Part shown: positions 35,985-49,113 of the stretch, piece after piece
Position numbering within the stretch: the first letter of the stretch is position 1
Layout: each line of letters begins with the position of its first letter
NCBI GenBank assembly: GCA_964187785.1
Contig: OZ076409.1
Coordinates: 19,842,001 to 19,906,000 of the forward strand
Source: Amphiscolops sp. MND2022
Lineage: Eukaryota
DNA: 64,000 nt
Direction of reading: 5' to 3'
The notes under the pieces: generated by a model
The model's input: the letters and a program-made list of their open reading frames with translations, nothing else
Told to the model about the DNA's origin: nothing
Databases searched by the model: none
Position numbers and translations under genes: made by a program

Positions 35985-36481
35985 TTAAAATTGGGGCAGA
36001 ACAGAACAATTTGACAGCTTTAGGGCCTCAAAAACTAGTCTCTGGTTGTAAAATGGGCACTGCAAGCAATAATCTTCCAGTTTGGCGTTCAATTTTAACT
36101 TGTTCACGTTTTTGTAGCCATTGATGCTTCTAAGAATAGCCAATCGTGACAGACATTTCAATGGCGCAACTAAAACATTTCGAGACAGTGGATAAAGTAG
36201 TTCGGCTTGTACGCTCACAGTGTTATCACTTTCGCCACCCTCAACCCATGAAGCCGAATGATGAGACGGGCTTTCCGAAGACGGGGCGCTTCGTCTTTGA
36301 GAGTTTTTATTAGCCCCCACTGAAATTTCCTCCTGATGGGACCCCCTTTTGTTTTTGGGCAGGTGAATCTTGAGAATGTAGAGGAAAGTGTGAAATTTGG
36401 AGTTCCTCACTGCGGCTTCTACGAAGTCCACCAAAGAAGTAGATGCATGGCCCTCCGGTTGGTTGGAAAAGGCGAATTTCC
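35985..36481 (-). CDS. Last coding exon of a SOCS6/7-like suppressor of cytokine signalling (SH2 C-terminal half and SOCS box)
   Basis: Acceptor TTTTGTTACAG at 36482; phase-1 frame (G)KFAFSNQPEGHASTSLVDFVEAAVRNSKFHTFLY..LLYPLSR..APLKCLSRLAI..KLEDY; stop at 35985. Confidence 0.9.
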
Positions 36482-37807
36482 CTGTAACAAAACATAGAAT
36501 TCAATCTCAATTCAATGCAAAGCTTCAAAGAAATACGCAGCGCACTATAGTTATGGGTGCTAAGTTTTGAAAGGGTCCCATTAAAAGTTGAAACGTTTTT
36601 ATATGATTCATTCGGTAATCAATTCAAAGATCTATTTATTGCTCGAAGATATTAATGGTCATTTGAGAATTCTCTCTCTAATGCCGGAGACACTAACTTT
36701 TTTTCAAGCATTATACCTTTCGGGCTTAAATAACGGAAAGAGTCGTTGAATTGTGAGACATTACGCCATCTTACATGAAAATGGACAACAATGCATGTTC
36801 GGCTAAAAGGCAAAACTTTTTAAAAGAAATTAGTATGCGCGATAAAACCAAAAATGTTTTTAAAATTCTATCTTGATTCATAAATTATGCAGTTTTAAAC
36901 GTTTCCAAAAACGAACTAATTTTCGCAGTGTACATGGTTTTGAACTACAGTAGTCCAAACCGCTGGAATTTTGAATCCTTTTTTCATATTGCTCTCTTAA
37001 CTTCAGGAAATAAAAAAAACATGAGTGTTTAAAGAAACATGAGTCATCAAAGTATACAAAAACAAAACCTGTAACGCAATCGTTTTGTTGCCTAAAAAAT
37101 AGATTCAAGCCATGGATTTCTGATGAAGCATTTGAAATATCATTTTTTCAGCTGAAAACTGAACAACCGATTGTGAAAATTTACATAATTTTATGAAAAT
37201 TAATAACTTGGAAACAAAAGTTTTCAGTTTTGGAGCCGAAGCGCACTAAATTATGATGACAAAATGTAACGAACACCTGCCAAAACAGAAAATTTTTGAA
37301 AAATTCGTTCTCGGGACTATATCTCTGCTGGATTCAATACTGAATTAATAATATTCTGCTGACTGATACCGTGTCTTTTCAAAAGACCTGCCCGGCGAAT
37401 TGAAGAGCTTCAAGGCGACAAAAAGCTAGACCATACCCACCGAACGAGTAGAACGAACAAGGACACCCGGAAACACGCCGAAACTCAGACAAAGTGCTTA
37501 TTACGGACTCTGTGCTATTGCTTTCATCAGATTATCGATACCCTTGGTTGTAACCACTTGAAATGAGTCAGCTGGTTTAAGCAAGCATCCGTGCTTGTGT
37601 CCCCAACTAACCATTGCCACATCGTGCTAATAATGCTGTAATTTGTCTGTTTTATTGTTGAATTAGCTCGTGAGTACAATAGTGTAAGAAATAAACTGCA
37701 CCCTAAATTGTCAGAAGAGTTGGACCATTACAAAATTTTGAGTTTTTCACCATCATATTAAAAATACAACCAGTCAAAACACAAATTTGTATTCAGAATG
37801 ATACACT

Positions 37808-39221
37808 GCGATTCCCCCTTTCAGGGAAAACTGCCCGACTATAGCAGTGACTGTTTTTAGTCGGCGCGTTTTCCTTTTAAGGAAAAATGCCCGACTATAG
37901 CAGTGACCTTTTTTTTTATTCAGCCTCACACTGAAAGGTCCACTTTTCTTACAATTCTTACAATCTTGAAATCTTACAATTCTTACTTAGCAAATTTAAA
38001 ATACTGGCGCAAAAGCTTGCGAAGTAGTATTTTTACATCATCTAAGAAACTCAACGGGACCAAAGGGTACGCCCTCCTTACAGTATTTTCGGCTCAGTGA
38101 GACTTTTTTTCGAAATTTTTTTTAATGTCTCAAAAGGGTCCCCCCTTCGAGTTTTCTCAAATTTTGCAACTGAATGTTTGTTAATCAATCCCAAAGGGTC
38201 CCCCTTCTACATTTTTCGGTAGTATGCGACTTTTTTTGAAAGATTTTTCTTCCAAAAACTACAAGTTTTTTTCCAAAAATATGTTTTGCGCTTTTTGAGC
38301 CTGAGATATGGCGCCGACTTTAGACGTTCTCGTCTTGTTAGTCGGCGCCTTTTCCCTTAAGGAAAAAAGCCCGACTCTTACAGTGAGTAGTTTTTTTTTT
38401 CAGTTGACAATCTCACTCTGAGTGGTCCACTTTTCTTACAATTTTTGTTCATCTTTCATATTTGTTCATCTTTCATCTTCGACCCAGCCGGAGAGCGTGG
38501 GTTCGAATCCCGCACTAAACCATAAATTTTTTAATGAGTTTTTCGGCATTGTGCGACCTAAAAAATACTTTTTTTCGAAAAAAAATCAAAATTTTTTTTG
38601 AAAAAAATTTTTTTTCCAAATTTTTCCAATAGTTGTTCCTTGAATATTTTTGAGCCTAAGATATGGCGCCGAATTGGGACGTTCCCGTCTTGTTTTTCTT
38701 CAGACTACAATCCTCACACTGATCGGTCCACTTTTTCGAAACAATCCTGAAACACCCTAAGGCGCCCAGTCCGTCCAAGGGGCCAAAACAAACTGAGTGC
38801 AAAGGGGCCCCCTTTCATTTTTTACTTTTTCAAGGTAACCTACAAAACCGGATGGGACTATAGAGTCCCCCCTTTTGATTTTTTTTCGGCACTGTGCGAC
38901 TTTTTTTCGAAATTTTTTTCTCTCCAAAGGGTCCTCTTTCATTTTTTTTTACTTTTTTAACGTAAACTACAAAACCGGCCGAGACTAAAGGGTCCCCCCT
39001 TTTGATTTTTTTCGCCACTGTGCGACTTTTTTTCGAAAATTTTTAACGTCCGCAAAGGGTCCTCCTTTGAGTTTTTTGTTATTTTGCAAAAGAATGCAAG
39101 TTTATAAATCAAAAAGGGTCCCCCTTTTACATTTTTTGGCACTGTGCGACATTTCCAAAAAATATATTTTGCGCTTTTTGAACCTTAGATATAGCGCCGA
39201 CTTTAGACGTTCCCGTCTTGT
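37808..39221 (+). mobile_element. Compound HINE locus: outer copy interrupted by a head-to-tail dimer (37859-38339, 38340-38693)
   Basis: Three left ends (37808 degenerate, 37859, 38340) and three right ends (38338, 38693, 39221). Confidence 0.8.
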
Positions 39222-39274
39222 TAATCACAGCATTGATACGGTTGGGCATTGAATCGAAAAGTTTTTTTACGAAT

Positions 39275-40817
39275 TCAATAGTTTTTTTGGAATTCTTCCA
39301 AAACTACACTCCATAAATCTTCAAGACTTTTCGGGTTTGCTTTGAACACTCTCTTTTTGACGTAAGCCCATAAATTTTCGATCAGATTGAGATCAGGTGA
39401 CTGGGATGGCCAATTTCCGATAACATCGACGCAGTTTCCGTTGAAAAAGGTCAGAGTTTCGGTCAAAATATGGCAAGGTGCATTGCATTGTCCTGCTGAA
39501 GTTTTTCTCCCAAAAACATATGAGGGAACAGTGTCTCGACCAAAGTTTTTTTCTATTTTTGCGAATTCATGTTTCCACAAATTTTTTGCAAGCCTCTAGT
39601 ACCATCGGACTTCACAAAGCCCCATACCATGATCTTTTTTCCTCCAAATTTTACCGTTTTTGAGGTGTATTTGTCAATAAAACGGCTATTTAAAGGCCTG
39701 CGAACTTCTCCTAATCTTCTTATGGTTGTTATAAAATATGAGTTTAAGATTATTCAATCATATTAAAAGAGTTGTTCGATATATTAACAATTACTACAAA
39801 AACAAATTTATTCAAATACTCACCTTGATTGATATAAGATTTGTTTAAGTTTGTTCAATCAATAACAAAAAAACTGCTTGATAGTTGTACAATTACTACA
39901 GAAACAACTTCATTCAACTATTCAACTTATCAGTCATTAAATCAAACAGTTTTATCCGACAGAATGTTGCTGGATATAAGGTAGATTGATAAAAATTATG
40001 GAAATTTGATAATCATTATTCAAATTTGTTTCGGAGAAAAAAGTACCTGGGAATGGTTCATTAAACTTCTGATGTTCGGCAAATTCTTGTCTTTAGTTGA
40101 ATAGGCATATCTCGGACATTTTTTGATATAGATTCACAATTTCTCTCAAATTAAAAGACCACACTTGGCGGGAAACGAATGGACAGATAATGTTCAACGA
40201 ATAGTTGAATTCGCCCATGCGTTTCCGAGATTTTCAGTTATGAACAACAAAACTCGCCCATGCATTCCCGAGTTTTTGCCCAACATTTTCCGAGATTTGG
40301 AAGGCCTTGCTGGTTACCCCACATTAATGAACATACTCCCTTCTTCTCGGATATAGCTCGAATGTGCTCTCATCGGAAAAAACCGAGTTTTCCCAGTATT
40401 TTATGTCGAACTTCCAGTTTTTCAAACACCAGTCTAGTCGTTTTAGCTGATTGAGTTTTGTCATGAGTGGTTTTCTCACAGCAATCCTTGCCCGCATGTT
40501 AGCTTTCAATAATTTTTGTCGGACTAAGCCAGTAGAAAAAAATTTTTTTGGATCTAGAAGCTCTAAAAGTTCCCTACTTGAAGCCTTTGGATGACATCTT
40601 GATAGAAAAATGAGCTTTTTTTCTTCTCTGTAGCTAAATTTTGGAGGTCTGCCGGTCGATTTTCCGTTTTCTGCTGTCCCACTTTGTCTAAATTTCTTCA
40701 AAGTATTACAAATTGTTGATTTTGCAAATCCAGTAACTTTCATTTTTTCACAAATTGATAATTTCTTTGCCAAAGTTTGACAATTTCGTTTTTCTTCTCA
40801 CATCTCAGGCGAGGCAT
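39275..40817 (-). pseudogene. Tc1-family transposase relic, split by an about 620-bp insertion
   Basis: ATG at 40817; GRPPK; W..VFSDES; KFGGKKIMVWG; NAPCH; WPSQSPDLNLIENLW. Frameshifts and stops present; TIRs not found. Confidence 0.9.
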
Positions 40818-43149
40818 CTTTCGCAAATAAACTTAGCTCGGTGACTGCCTGAAGTAGGTTTGAATAAGTGACAGCTTTATTTGTTTGCCTACTTTTAAAT
40901 TACACTGTCTAGAAAGCAATTTTCTCGAGGCCCCGTAATTAGTCCAATACATTTTTTACACATAAGGGTTCAGTTTATTTTTTACACTATTGTACTATTT
41001 TTCGTCGTTCTTTGTAACAATGAAATTACAAACTTTTCCTTTGCCACCACTTCGATTTTTAAAGGCTGTCTAAGGGATGGTTTCGAGAAAAAGCGTAATT
41101 TGCGCTGCTGACAGCAGTTACAGACTGGAGCAAGCCGGCGAGCACTCCTTCAGAAGCGGGATTCTCTTTTTCGGCACAGTTTTCACCCGAAGGAGGCAAA
41201 ATGTGGTGGAAAATACCCATGCCACCTGTTCCTCCATCTCTAATTCCTGCAGCGACAACGGTGAGAGCTTGTCGTTACAATAATTAAAGACGTTAAACAG
41301 AAAAATCTCGGTTTGAGAACCCAAGTAACCAGTCGGCTGCCTGCCGTAAGAAATAAATTATTTGTAACGTTCAGTATTGTTCGAGATCAAACCTTTTATT
41401 TATCAAACCTTGAAAGAATCGAAAAACCTTCAAAACGTTATCGTTTTTGATTCTTTCTTCTCCGTAGTAGTTTTCATGTTGATTTTTTAAATCAAACTGG
41501 TAAATCAAAGTGGAGATTTTTCGATAAATTCGTGAGAGCTGAACAGCGTATCATGTTGGCCTTTGGATGCCAAAGGGTGTGAAACATGCTAATTTATACA
41601 TCCATGTCGAAACATAACCCACACTTGGGGAGAATTTCTTAAGAAATCTAATGAATTTTTAGAGGTCAGCAATTGACATTTGCATGTGAAAGTAGGTTTG
41701 ATGCCCCAAGACATAGACTCTGTGGCCATTTTGACAGGGCATCAATTGATTGGGCATCGGAAAGGCTTCAAAAGCGTGATTGATTTGTTGGATTAACCAT
41801 CGCACTGTTCTGTTATTTTTGCCTTTTACAGAGACCTGAGCTAATACCTGTACTAGCTTGTACCAATCCACCATTTCACTGACAGTACTAGGTATACATT
41901 GTACAGCTCTAGCAATGAGTTTTATGTGGTACAAGGCATGTTACAACAGCCTAATTTATCAAGAAGGTAAGAAGGATATAAGTGAACATTTTTATAATGG
42001 AGAATGCGCTAAAAAGTGTCAGTTAAGACAATTGACATCCATAGCAACTGACATGAATAATGGTGGACGCATCACCTTCAATGAATGCCCTTACGTGCTC
42101 ATATAAATCTCATTTACAGTGATGTCACAAGAATATAAACCATCTTTCTTTTCATCATTCATCATCAGCAAGTGTCAAATTGTGAACATTTTATTCCCAA
42201 CTTCCTAATTTGCAAATTTTGCTAGATTTGGAACGAACTTTTTGGTGAAAATTTTGTGGGGGAAAACGTGCCAACATTTTTCGGAAATTATGGCAACAAA
42301 TGCTATTTCTCAAGAATCTTTGAATTTTGAAATCAATTTTGACTTCCACGAATTATTAGGTTCATCTTTTCATTAACGTGGGTTTAACTTCTAATAAATC
42401 TAATACGAGTAAACAGGACAGTTTTTGGTACCTCAAAAATGACCCTGATTCATTCATTTTTAGTGGTTAATCCTCGGGGTTTCTTTTAAAAAGCAACAAG
42501 ATCCGTTGTAAAATGAAGTGACAAGCCTATAGGTGATAGTGAAAATGCTTTGTTTTCCAAAATTCCTTAGTAATAACTAAAGAATTTTGGAAAACGAAGC
42601 AATTTTAAAAGCAGATTTAAGCTAACAAAAGCAACTTTCAAACGAACGAACGAACGTCTACATAGCTAGCAAACAAAAAAGGACTGCTGGTTCCATGCCA
42701 TAGTTCATAGCATATATCCATCCATTTAATAATAGAAGTACAATTGCACTCATAGCAAACTCTTGACATGATCACACCACATTTCTTGTCTTACATTGGA
42801 TTTTGGAATCTCAACTAGATATCAACAATAATTGCGAACTTTTTCAAGTTAAAAAAGCGAAATTTTGAGTGCTAGTTAATGAAAATGAGACAGTTTTTGA
42901 TATACCACTTCCACGATTGAGCTAATAGGGACGGACCCGTATTGACTCATAGAACTCGCATAAAGGTCTTAGCATTTTCGTGACACATTTGCACACATAT
43001 CTAACTACGTCTTGTGCCGAGTTTTATGAGTAGCAGAATCACACTATAAAACCACACACCACAACACAAAATAGATTTTTAATTCAGTTACAAAATTATG
43101 GCTCAACTACATCCGGACCTTTCTCGAAAACATCTTATTCTGCCGTGCA

Positions 43150-45420
43150 AGCTGTGGCATTTCTGTGAGAATTAACTTTGTCAATTCTCTCTAACAAGAG
43201 GTGTTAGTTATGAACATTCTAGAGTTGGCGCAATTTTTGTCTTGTTGGCAGTCAGAACCAATAAACGTCACGCTCTGAAGTTATTGGCAACAACATTTCA
43301 ACATATTTTCAAATTACTGAAACTTTCGGATCAATTTCAAAACCAAAAGGTGCAACCAAGGAATTTGGTTGAAAGTCAACAATGAAATGTGCATGGACTA
43401 CTTTGCGAAGCGAACAAAAACGAAACGCCCAGAAGCTGTCAAGGCATCAAATATTTGTAAACAAACGTTCCACAACTTTGAGCGCTGCATGCAATCACTC
43501 CATTGAGCAACTTTTCTTAAAAGCGCGAGAATTTTCAAACATTGAAAGTGGGATCTAAATGACTGGTCAAGACGTCTAGAATTTTTCTGATGGGTTTCAA
43601 TCATGCGTAGTTGAAATTGCTATTATAAGCTGAACAATTTACGAAAAAATGAAAGATTTTCAGTCCTTTCTTTACAAATATTGCGTTTACCAGTAATTTT
43701 GTTTTTGATAAGCGGATTTTTGCTTCGACAAAAAGTTGTCACTTTGAATGATTGACGGCAGTGTTAAACCCTGAATGGACGATGAAATGTCAGGAACCAT
43801 CCGAAAATCTGGTGCTTAAACTTTAAACCGCAAAACCTTTTAAACTATTCAAGTCCGACAAACGATTTACAGCACTTTCGAAAGAACTTCAGGGCTTTCA
43901 AACTGATCTTTGAACTGCTGGGAGGGGTCCAAGGTTTTTTGTGCGAAAGGTTTTTAAAAAGGCCACAAACAAAAACTGGAAAACGAAATTTTTTGTTCTT
44001 TGGTCCCGTTTTCTTGATTTCGGAGACATCAAGTCAATATTCCGTGAAAAGGCGTACAATGCTATGAAATATCGTTTGAAAATCTTATTCAAGAGTTTTC
44101 TTTACCATACAGCCAGCTGGTGCCTTCAGAAGTTTGCAGAGACTAACTGGTACGAAAACGTACCAACGTCCATATAAAGTTAAAGGTGTTTTGAAATGTT
44201 TGGTACAATTGTTTTGAAACTGAGAGCTCAAAAATGTTTATGCGATCCGTTTTTTGGTCCAACTAGTAAAACAGTCGAGATTTTTCTGAAAGCTTGAACT
44301 ACCCTTATTTGAAGGCGTGATTACGCAATGGTTCGATTTTATTGGATTGACCGAAAAGGAAACGTTTTCAAAGCCTTGTTTATAAAAGCGTTGTTAAGCA
44401 GACGAACAACTAGTACAGAAATGAACACATGTGTCACTCCTGAACCTTGATTGCAAACTTTTCGAAAAATTCTGGTATCGTCTCCGATATTCCTTTTTTC
44501 TATTTTTACAAACACCAGCACGGAATCGTCCGGGGAAAATCTCCAGAAAAAAACAAACCTGTTAAAATTTTTGAGATATATACATCACATTTTAGACAAA
44601 AACGTCAATGATCATGTTGTTGTTTTTTAACCGACCTTGCAAGGGCGTTCGATATTTTGAGCTGGTGAGAAAATAAAGAGAATAGGAACTTGGAGGTTGC
44701 CTCTTGATGTACTTTATGTCTTTTTAGAACGACCAACTCAGCACGTCATAGATGGAAGCACGATGTCGGGATTTTACGAGTGAAGTCCCCAAGGTTCCCT
44801 CATGGCCTAACTTAGGTTTTAATTTCTCTGAAGCCTATTGTTGCCGACATTTATAGAAAAAACATCAAACTAGGATTCTACAAACCTCTAGTGCTTCCAG
44901 TTGTTACCTACGGACGTGTTTCTGCGAAACTGTAGTGAAGAACCTTGAATTCTCTGGAAAAGTTTACTGCCCAAAAGAAAAAATTAATACTGATTGTTAG
45001 AACCAACCAGATCAGTTTTGCGAAGAGTTCGAGGGTACTGACAATTAAACTTTGAATAATCTTAGTTCACAAGACGAACCTTATAATTTTTGTTGCTAAG
45101 AAAACGTCGCGAAGACTGTGGCCTGTGGCCATACAAACTAAATTTAATTTTTGTTCACATAGACCCATCAACTACCGAATGAAAATCCCTGTGACCAAGA
45201 GATGTTGCAATGAATTCGTGTTCAGAATTTGCCGAATCGTGAACAAAGTAAACCATTGTTTTGAGGTCAAAACCAGACTTCTCTGCGTGGTATGGGTGCA
45301 CTTTAATAACCAATACGATGAGTCTGAATTTTTGTCACTAGCTAAACTCATTCCGAATTTTCTGGACCCTGTTCGAGATCGTTTTCAAGTAGGATTGTAA
45401 CTCTTCTGTCTTTGCAACAG
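43150..45420 (+). mobile_element. CR1/L2-type non-LTR retrotransposon (LINE) ORF2 relic
   Basis: Stop-riddled but ordered RT motifs: HQHGIVRGKS (about 44512), TDLARAFD (about 44630), SPQGSLM (about 44785), and a CR1-like C-terminal NEFVFRICRIVN. Boundaries approximate. Confidence 0.65.
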
Positions 45421-46748
45421 CTAAAATCATCGAATTTTGTGTAAAGTTCGATGCTGGTGACAGTATTGAATACTTGGTGTAAACGCGGAGCCTCTACTCT
45501 AGGAAGAAGGAATACGCATTTCGGAATCCCGATTGCACTAAAGTTTTTATCGTTTTTGCAAAGGTATGAGCGAGGCCAAAAGGGACGTATTACAATTTTC
45601 ATTATTACAAGTTCTATTTCTCTGCTGAATCTAGGGAGTCGTAACTTAGAGCCGAAGTTTCGCCAAAAACATGCCATGTCTTGTTCGTTTTTAGAAAATG
45701 ATTTAGAGTGGAACAAATGATTCACATAGAGAAAGAAGTAATCAAGCGTTGTCAAAAAGTGAGGACCGTATAAGTTTAGTCTACCAAGATTTGGATCTGT
45801 TGTTCGCCTCAACAAACTTCCAATTTGTGGTCGAAAAGGCAACCGCAGTTATAGCCATAAAGCGTCTGTCTTTCGACATGTTTCCTCTCATAGCATGAAT
45901 ATGGCCGCTCCTTCAGGGAAATTTACAACGTGCGTTATCAAAAAGTCTCTTCACACTGATTTCATTTCAAAATGAGCGCTTATGCTCTCGCATAAGCTTG
46001 AACCGTTTGAAGCAATTATAATTATAATTGGAAGCATGTTTTGCTGGGAAAATATCCAAGTTGTTTATTGTAACCATGTCGCAATAACACAGTTGTTAAG
46101 AGGACCACACGAGGAAACATTAGACTTGGTGTAGTTTGAAGCCAGAACCGACCCAATGTCAGCTGTTGCCGCGAAGTGTGACCAAGCGGGTAACTAATTT
46201 TCCATACCTAATTATCCCCCAAATCATGTTTCCTGCAGCCGCGAAATATAATATACCCTTGCAGTAAACAAAGTATATGATAGGGGATATGTCAATCAAT
46301 TTTTTCACACGCTTTTCCCACAGGGCGCTTGATCCTTTCAATGTGGCCACAGGCAGTGGAAATTGTTTCAGAAAGTGATTTGGATTCTGAAAAAGTTAGC
46401 TAAATAAACAACAGCTGTCGCTTTGAACAGACTTCTCCTCGATTGACAATCCCAAATCAATTTGTGATCAAATTTCCGATCGAATTCAAACAAATAAACG
46501 TACCCGAAAACGTAATTTGGAATTAAGAAATACACTGTATCTTGACTATCTAGTTTGCTTTGGTTTCATTAAACAGTACTGAAAAGATGAAGATAACACT
46601 TGGTTGGGGGTGAAGTATTCATCCTCTAATTGGAGTTTGACTTCATCAAAACAATTGCTATCAGCTGACAAACTCTGCGAACTTCGTAAACGAAGTCGAG
46701 AGTTTCATTTTGTCAACAAAATGTCATGTTCGAAGTATCCTTTGCTGA

Positions 46749-46839
46749 ATTATCAGCGTTGAGACATTTCTCTGGTATCTCGAGATACCAGAAAAATGTC
46801 TCAACGCTAATAATGACCGAGTTGATCAACTCGGTAATT
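46749..46839. repeat. Two abutting palindromes (66 bp with 2 mismatches; 20 bp perfect)
   Basis: Centres TCTC|GAGA (46781/46782) and GA|TC (46825/46826). Confidence 0.9.
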
Positions 46840-48214
46840 TTAGTTCTGTGAAATTCACACCTATCAACCGAGGAGAGGTACGTTCCTAAGGTGCAGGGTT
46901 ATAGACCCGAAATTTCTGGGATACTCACAAATCCCATTGGTGATAAAAGGTTGCATACTAGAATAATACGGGGTAAACCAATCCGCCGAACTTACCCTAA
47001 GAAAACCTATGGTGAATGCACTCAGTCCACGAGGTTTTTGTCCCCAGTTGTAAAAAAGCTCTTGCGACTGTTGACGGAAAATTACTTTAACTAAATCGCC
47101 CGAGGGAGTCAGTGTTGTCCTTAGGATTAAGTGAATGGGTCTCAGATCACTATCAGGCAAACACTCGGGTACTTTCACTAGATTTTTAGGTTTCCACACT
47201 CGATATGCGACATAGGTTCCAAGATTATCACTAAGCTCACGGCTTTCAACCAATCTCCGAAAAGACCTAAGCGGGCTTCTGCTTATTGTGTTCCTTCGGA
47301 CCAGAGTGAGTAGTTGCCTTAGTTTTACTACAACGTTATTACATCTCTCGAACCCAAAGCAAACGGGTTGTTTTCCGTGCACGACTTTTTCGTTGAAAGT
47401 TACAAGATAGCTCAATGCTCCGACCAAATGCTACTAGGTCACATATATCGTTTAATTGAAAGAAACGTCTTGAGCTAATGAGCTAACTATGAAGAAAGAG
47501 AGAGTGGGTCCTCTGCAAACGGACCAAAAGCAATCGCCCTAACTGATCTCTTACAGAAAACTGTCAAAATTGGGCAAGAACTCAATTCGAGGGAAAATGC
47601 CTACACCTCCAATATCAAATTGATTTACTAACACCGCCAGAGAGAGAGTGGATCTCGATCGTCTCCGCTACTTGAGGAGCGGATGAAAGGTGAGAGAGAA
47701 AGAAGGAAGAAAACAGTTAGAGAGTTTTGGATCTGCCTTGTGGGTGTCGCGACGTGTTTTGTTGTGATTTTCAGGTCAAAAATTGCCGGTAGTTATACTC
47801 CGTTTGCCGTATTTTTAGATCGGTTATCAGTCGCGTGTTGCATATCTCTGACGGCTTCCCAGACGGCCGTCGGCCCATTTTATTGTTTTTGTCCACAAAA
47901 CGTTAGGAATTGACATGAACTGGCCATAATTGGCTGTATCTAGACATATTTTGAAACACTTATCAGTTGGGAAGGTTTTGGGTCCCGGCGTGTGCTGACA
48001 CCTATCTTTCAATATATCCGCCTAGTCGGACGGTTTTCACCCGGTATCTTTCAACTTTGAACTGCATGCACTATTTTTGGGCATCAAATCTTATTTGGAT
48101 CACTTTTGAAATTTAAATTAGGCATAGAAGACACTTCGTTTGAATTCAAACAATTGCCGAACAAATTGATAAGTTGAGACTACTTTTTGTTAGTTTTCAT
48201 TGTTTGAATTTTAA

Positions 48215-48470
48215 AAACTTAACACAATCGGAACATTTTGTCACGACCAATCATGTCCAGTACATAAGCATTTGATATATCGCGACGTTCTTTCTTGACA
48301 TATGTTTGAGATATTGTCTCCGCAGATATTCACTTTGCCGTTATTGAGAACGCTTTCATCGAAATCTAGTTAGTAATTTCATCTTTATCAAGAAAGAACG
48401 TCGCGATATACAATTGCTCATGTACTGGACAAGATTGGTCGTGACAAAATGTTCCGATTGTGTTAAGTTT
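48215..48470. mobile_element. Foldback-type MITE
   Basis: About 84-bp inverted arms (48215-48298 and 48388-48470) with few mismatches around an about 90-bp spacer. Confidence 0.75.
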
Positions 48471-48575
48471 CTCAAATTAAAGTATATTTCTTATGCAATT
48501 AGGTTATTTTATCAATCTCGCAAGTTCAGACTAAAATAGCCTTATTATTAGTCAAATTTTTTTCTTCCTCTTTTT

Positions 48576-49059
48576 AGTCGGTGTTTTCGAAGAATATCCC
48601 GACTCTTACAGTGGCTAGTTTTTTTTCGTCAGTTCAACGCGTAACGTCCACTTTTTGTGCATTAATGCACATTTACCAACTTTTACCATATGTACTTAGT
48701 ACTTCATTTTCAACGCATCCAAAGCCTCTAACATGAGATAAAAAGCCATTCCAAAGCAGAAGGGTCCACTTTTTTCGACACTATGAGACTTTCCTCCTTT
48801 TTTCGGCACTGTGAGACTGATTTTTACCGAATTTTTTTTTGTTCCTCCCATCAATTTTTGATATTTTGCAACAGAATGGATGTTCAAAAAATCCCAAAGC
48901 GTCCCTCCTTTTACATTTTTCGGCACTATGCGACTTACCGGAAACTTCAAAACAATTTTTAGTTTTTTGAGAGCTTTTGTTGTCTCCAGTTGTAGAAAAA
49001 GTGGTTTTCGTCTTTTTGAGCATTAGATATGGCGCTGACTTGGGCCGTTCTCGGCTTGT
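48576..49059 (+). mobile_element. HINE-like element
   Basis: TTTT|AGTCGG..CCCGACTCTTACAGTG left end; GCGCTGACTTGGGCCGTTCTCGGCTTGT right end. Confidence 0.75.
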
Positions 49060-49113
49060 TTAATTTACGACAGGCGCGAATGCGACGAAATTAGATAGTA
49101 CGGTCGATAAGTT

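Noticed and set aside
41659..42180. CpG-poor segment that looks coding
   Set aside because: Short frames with stops and no identifiable motif; probably an old TE relic that I cannot assign.
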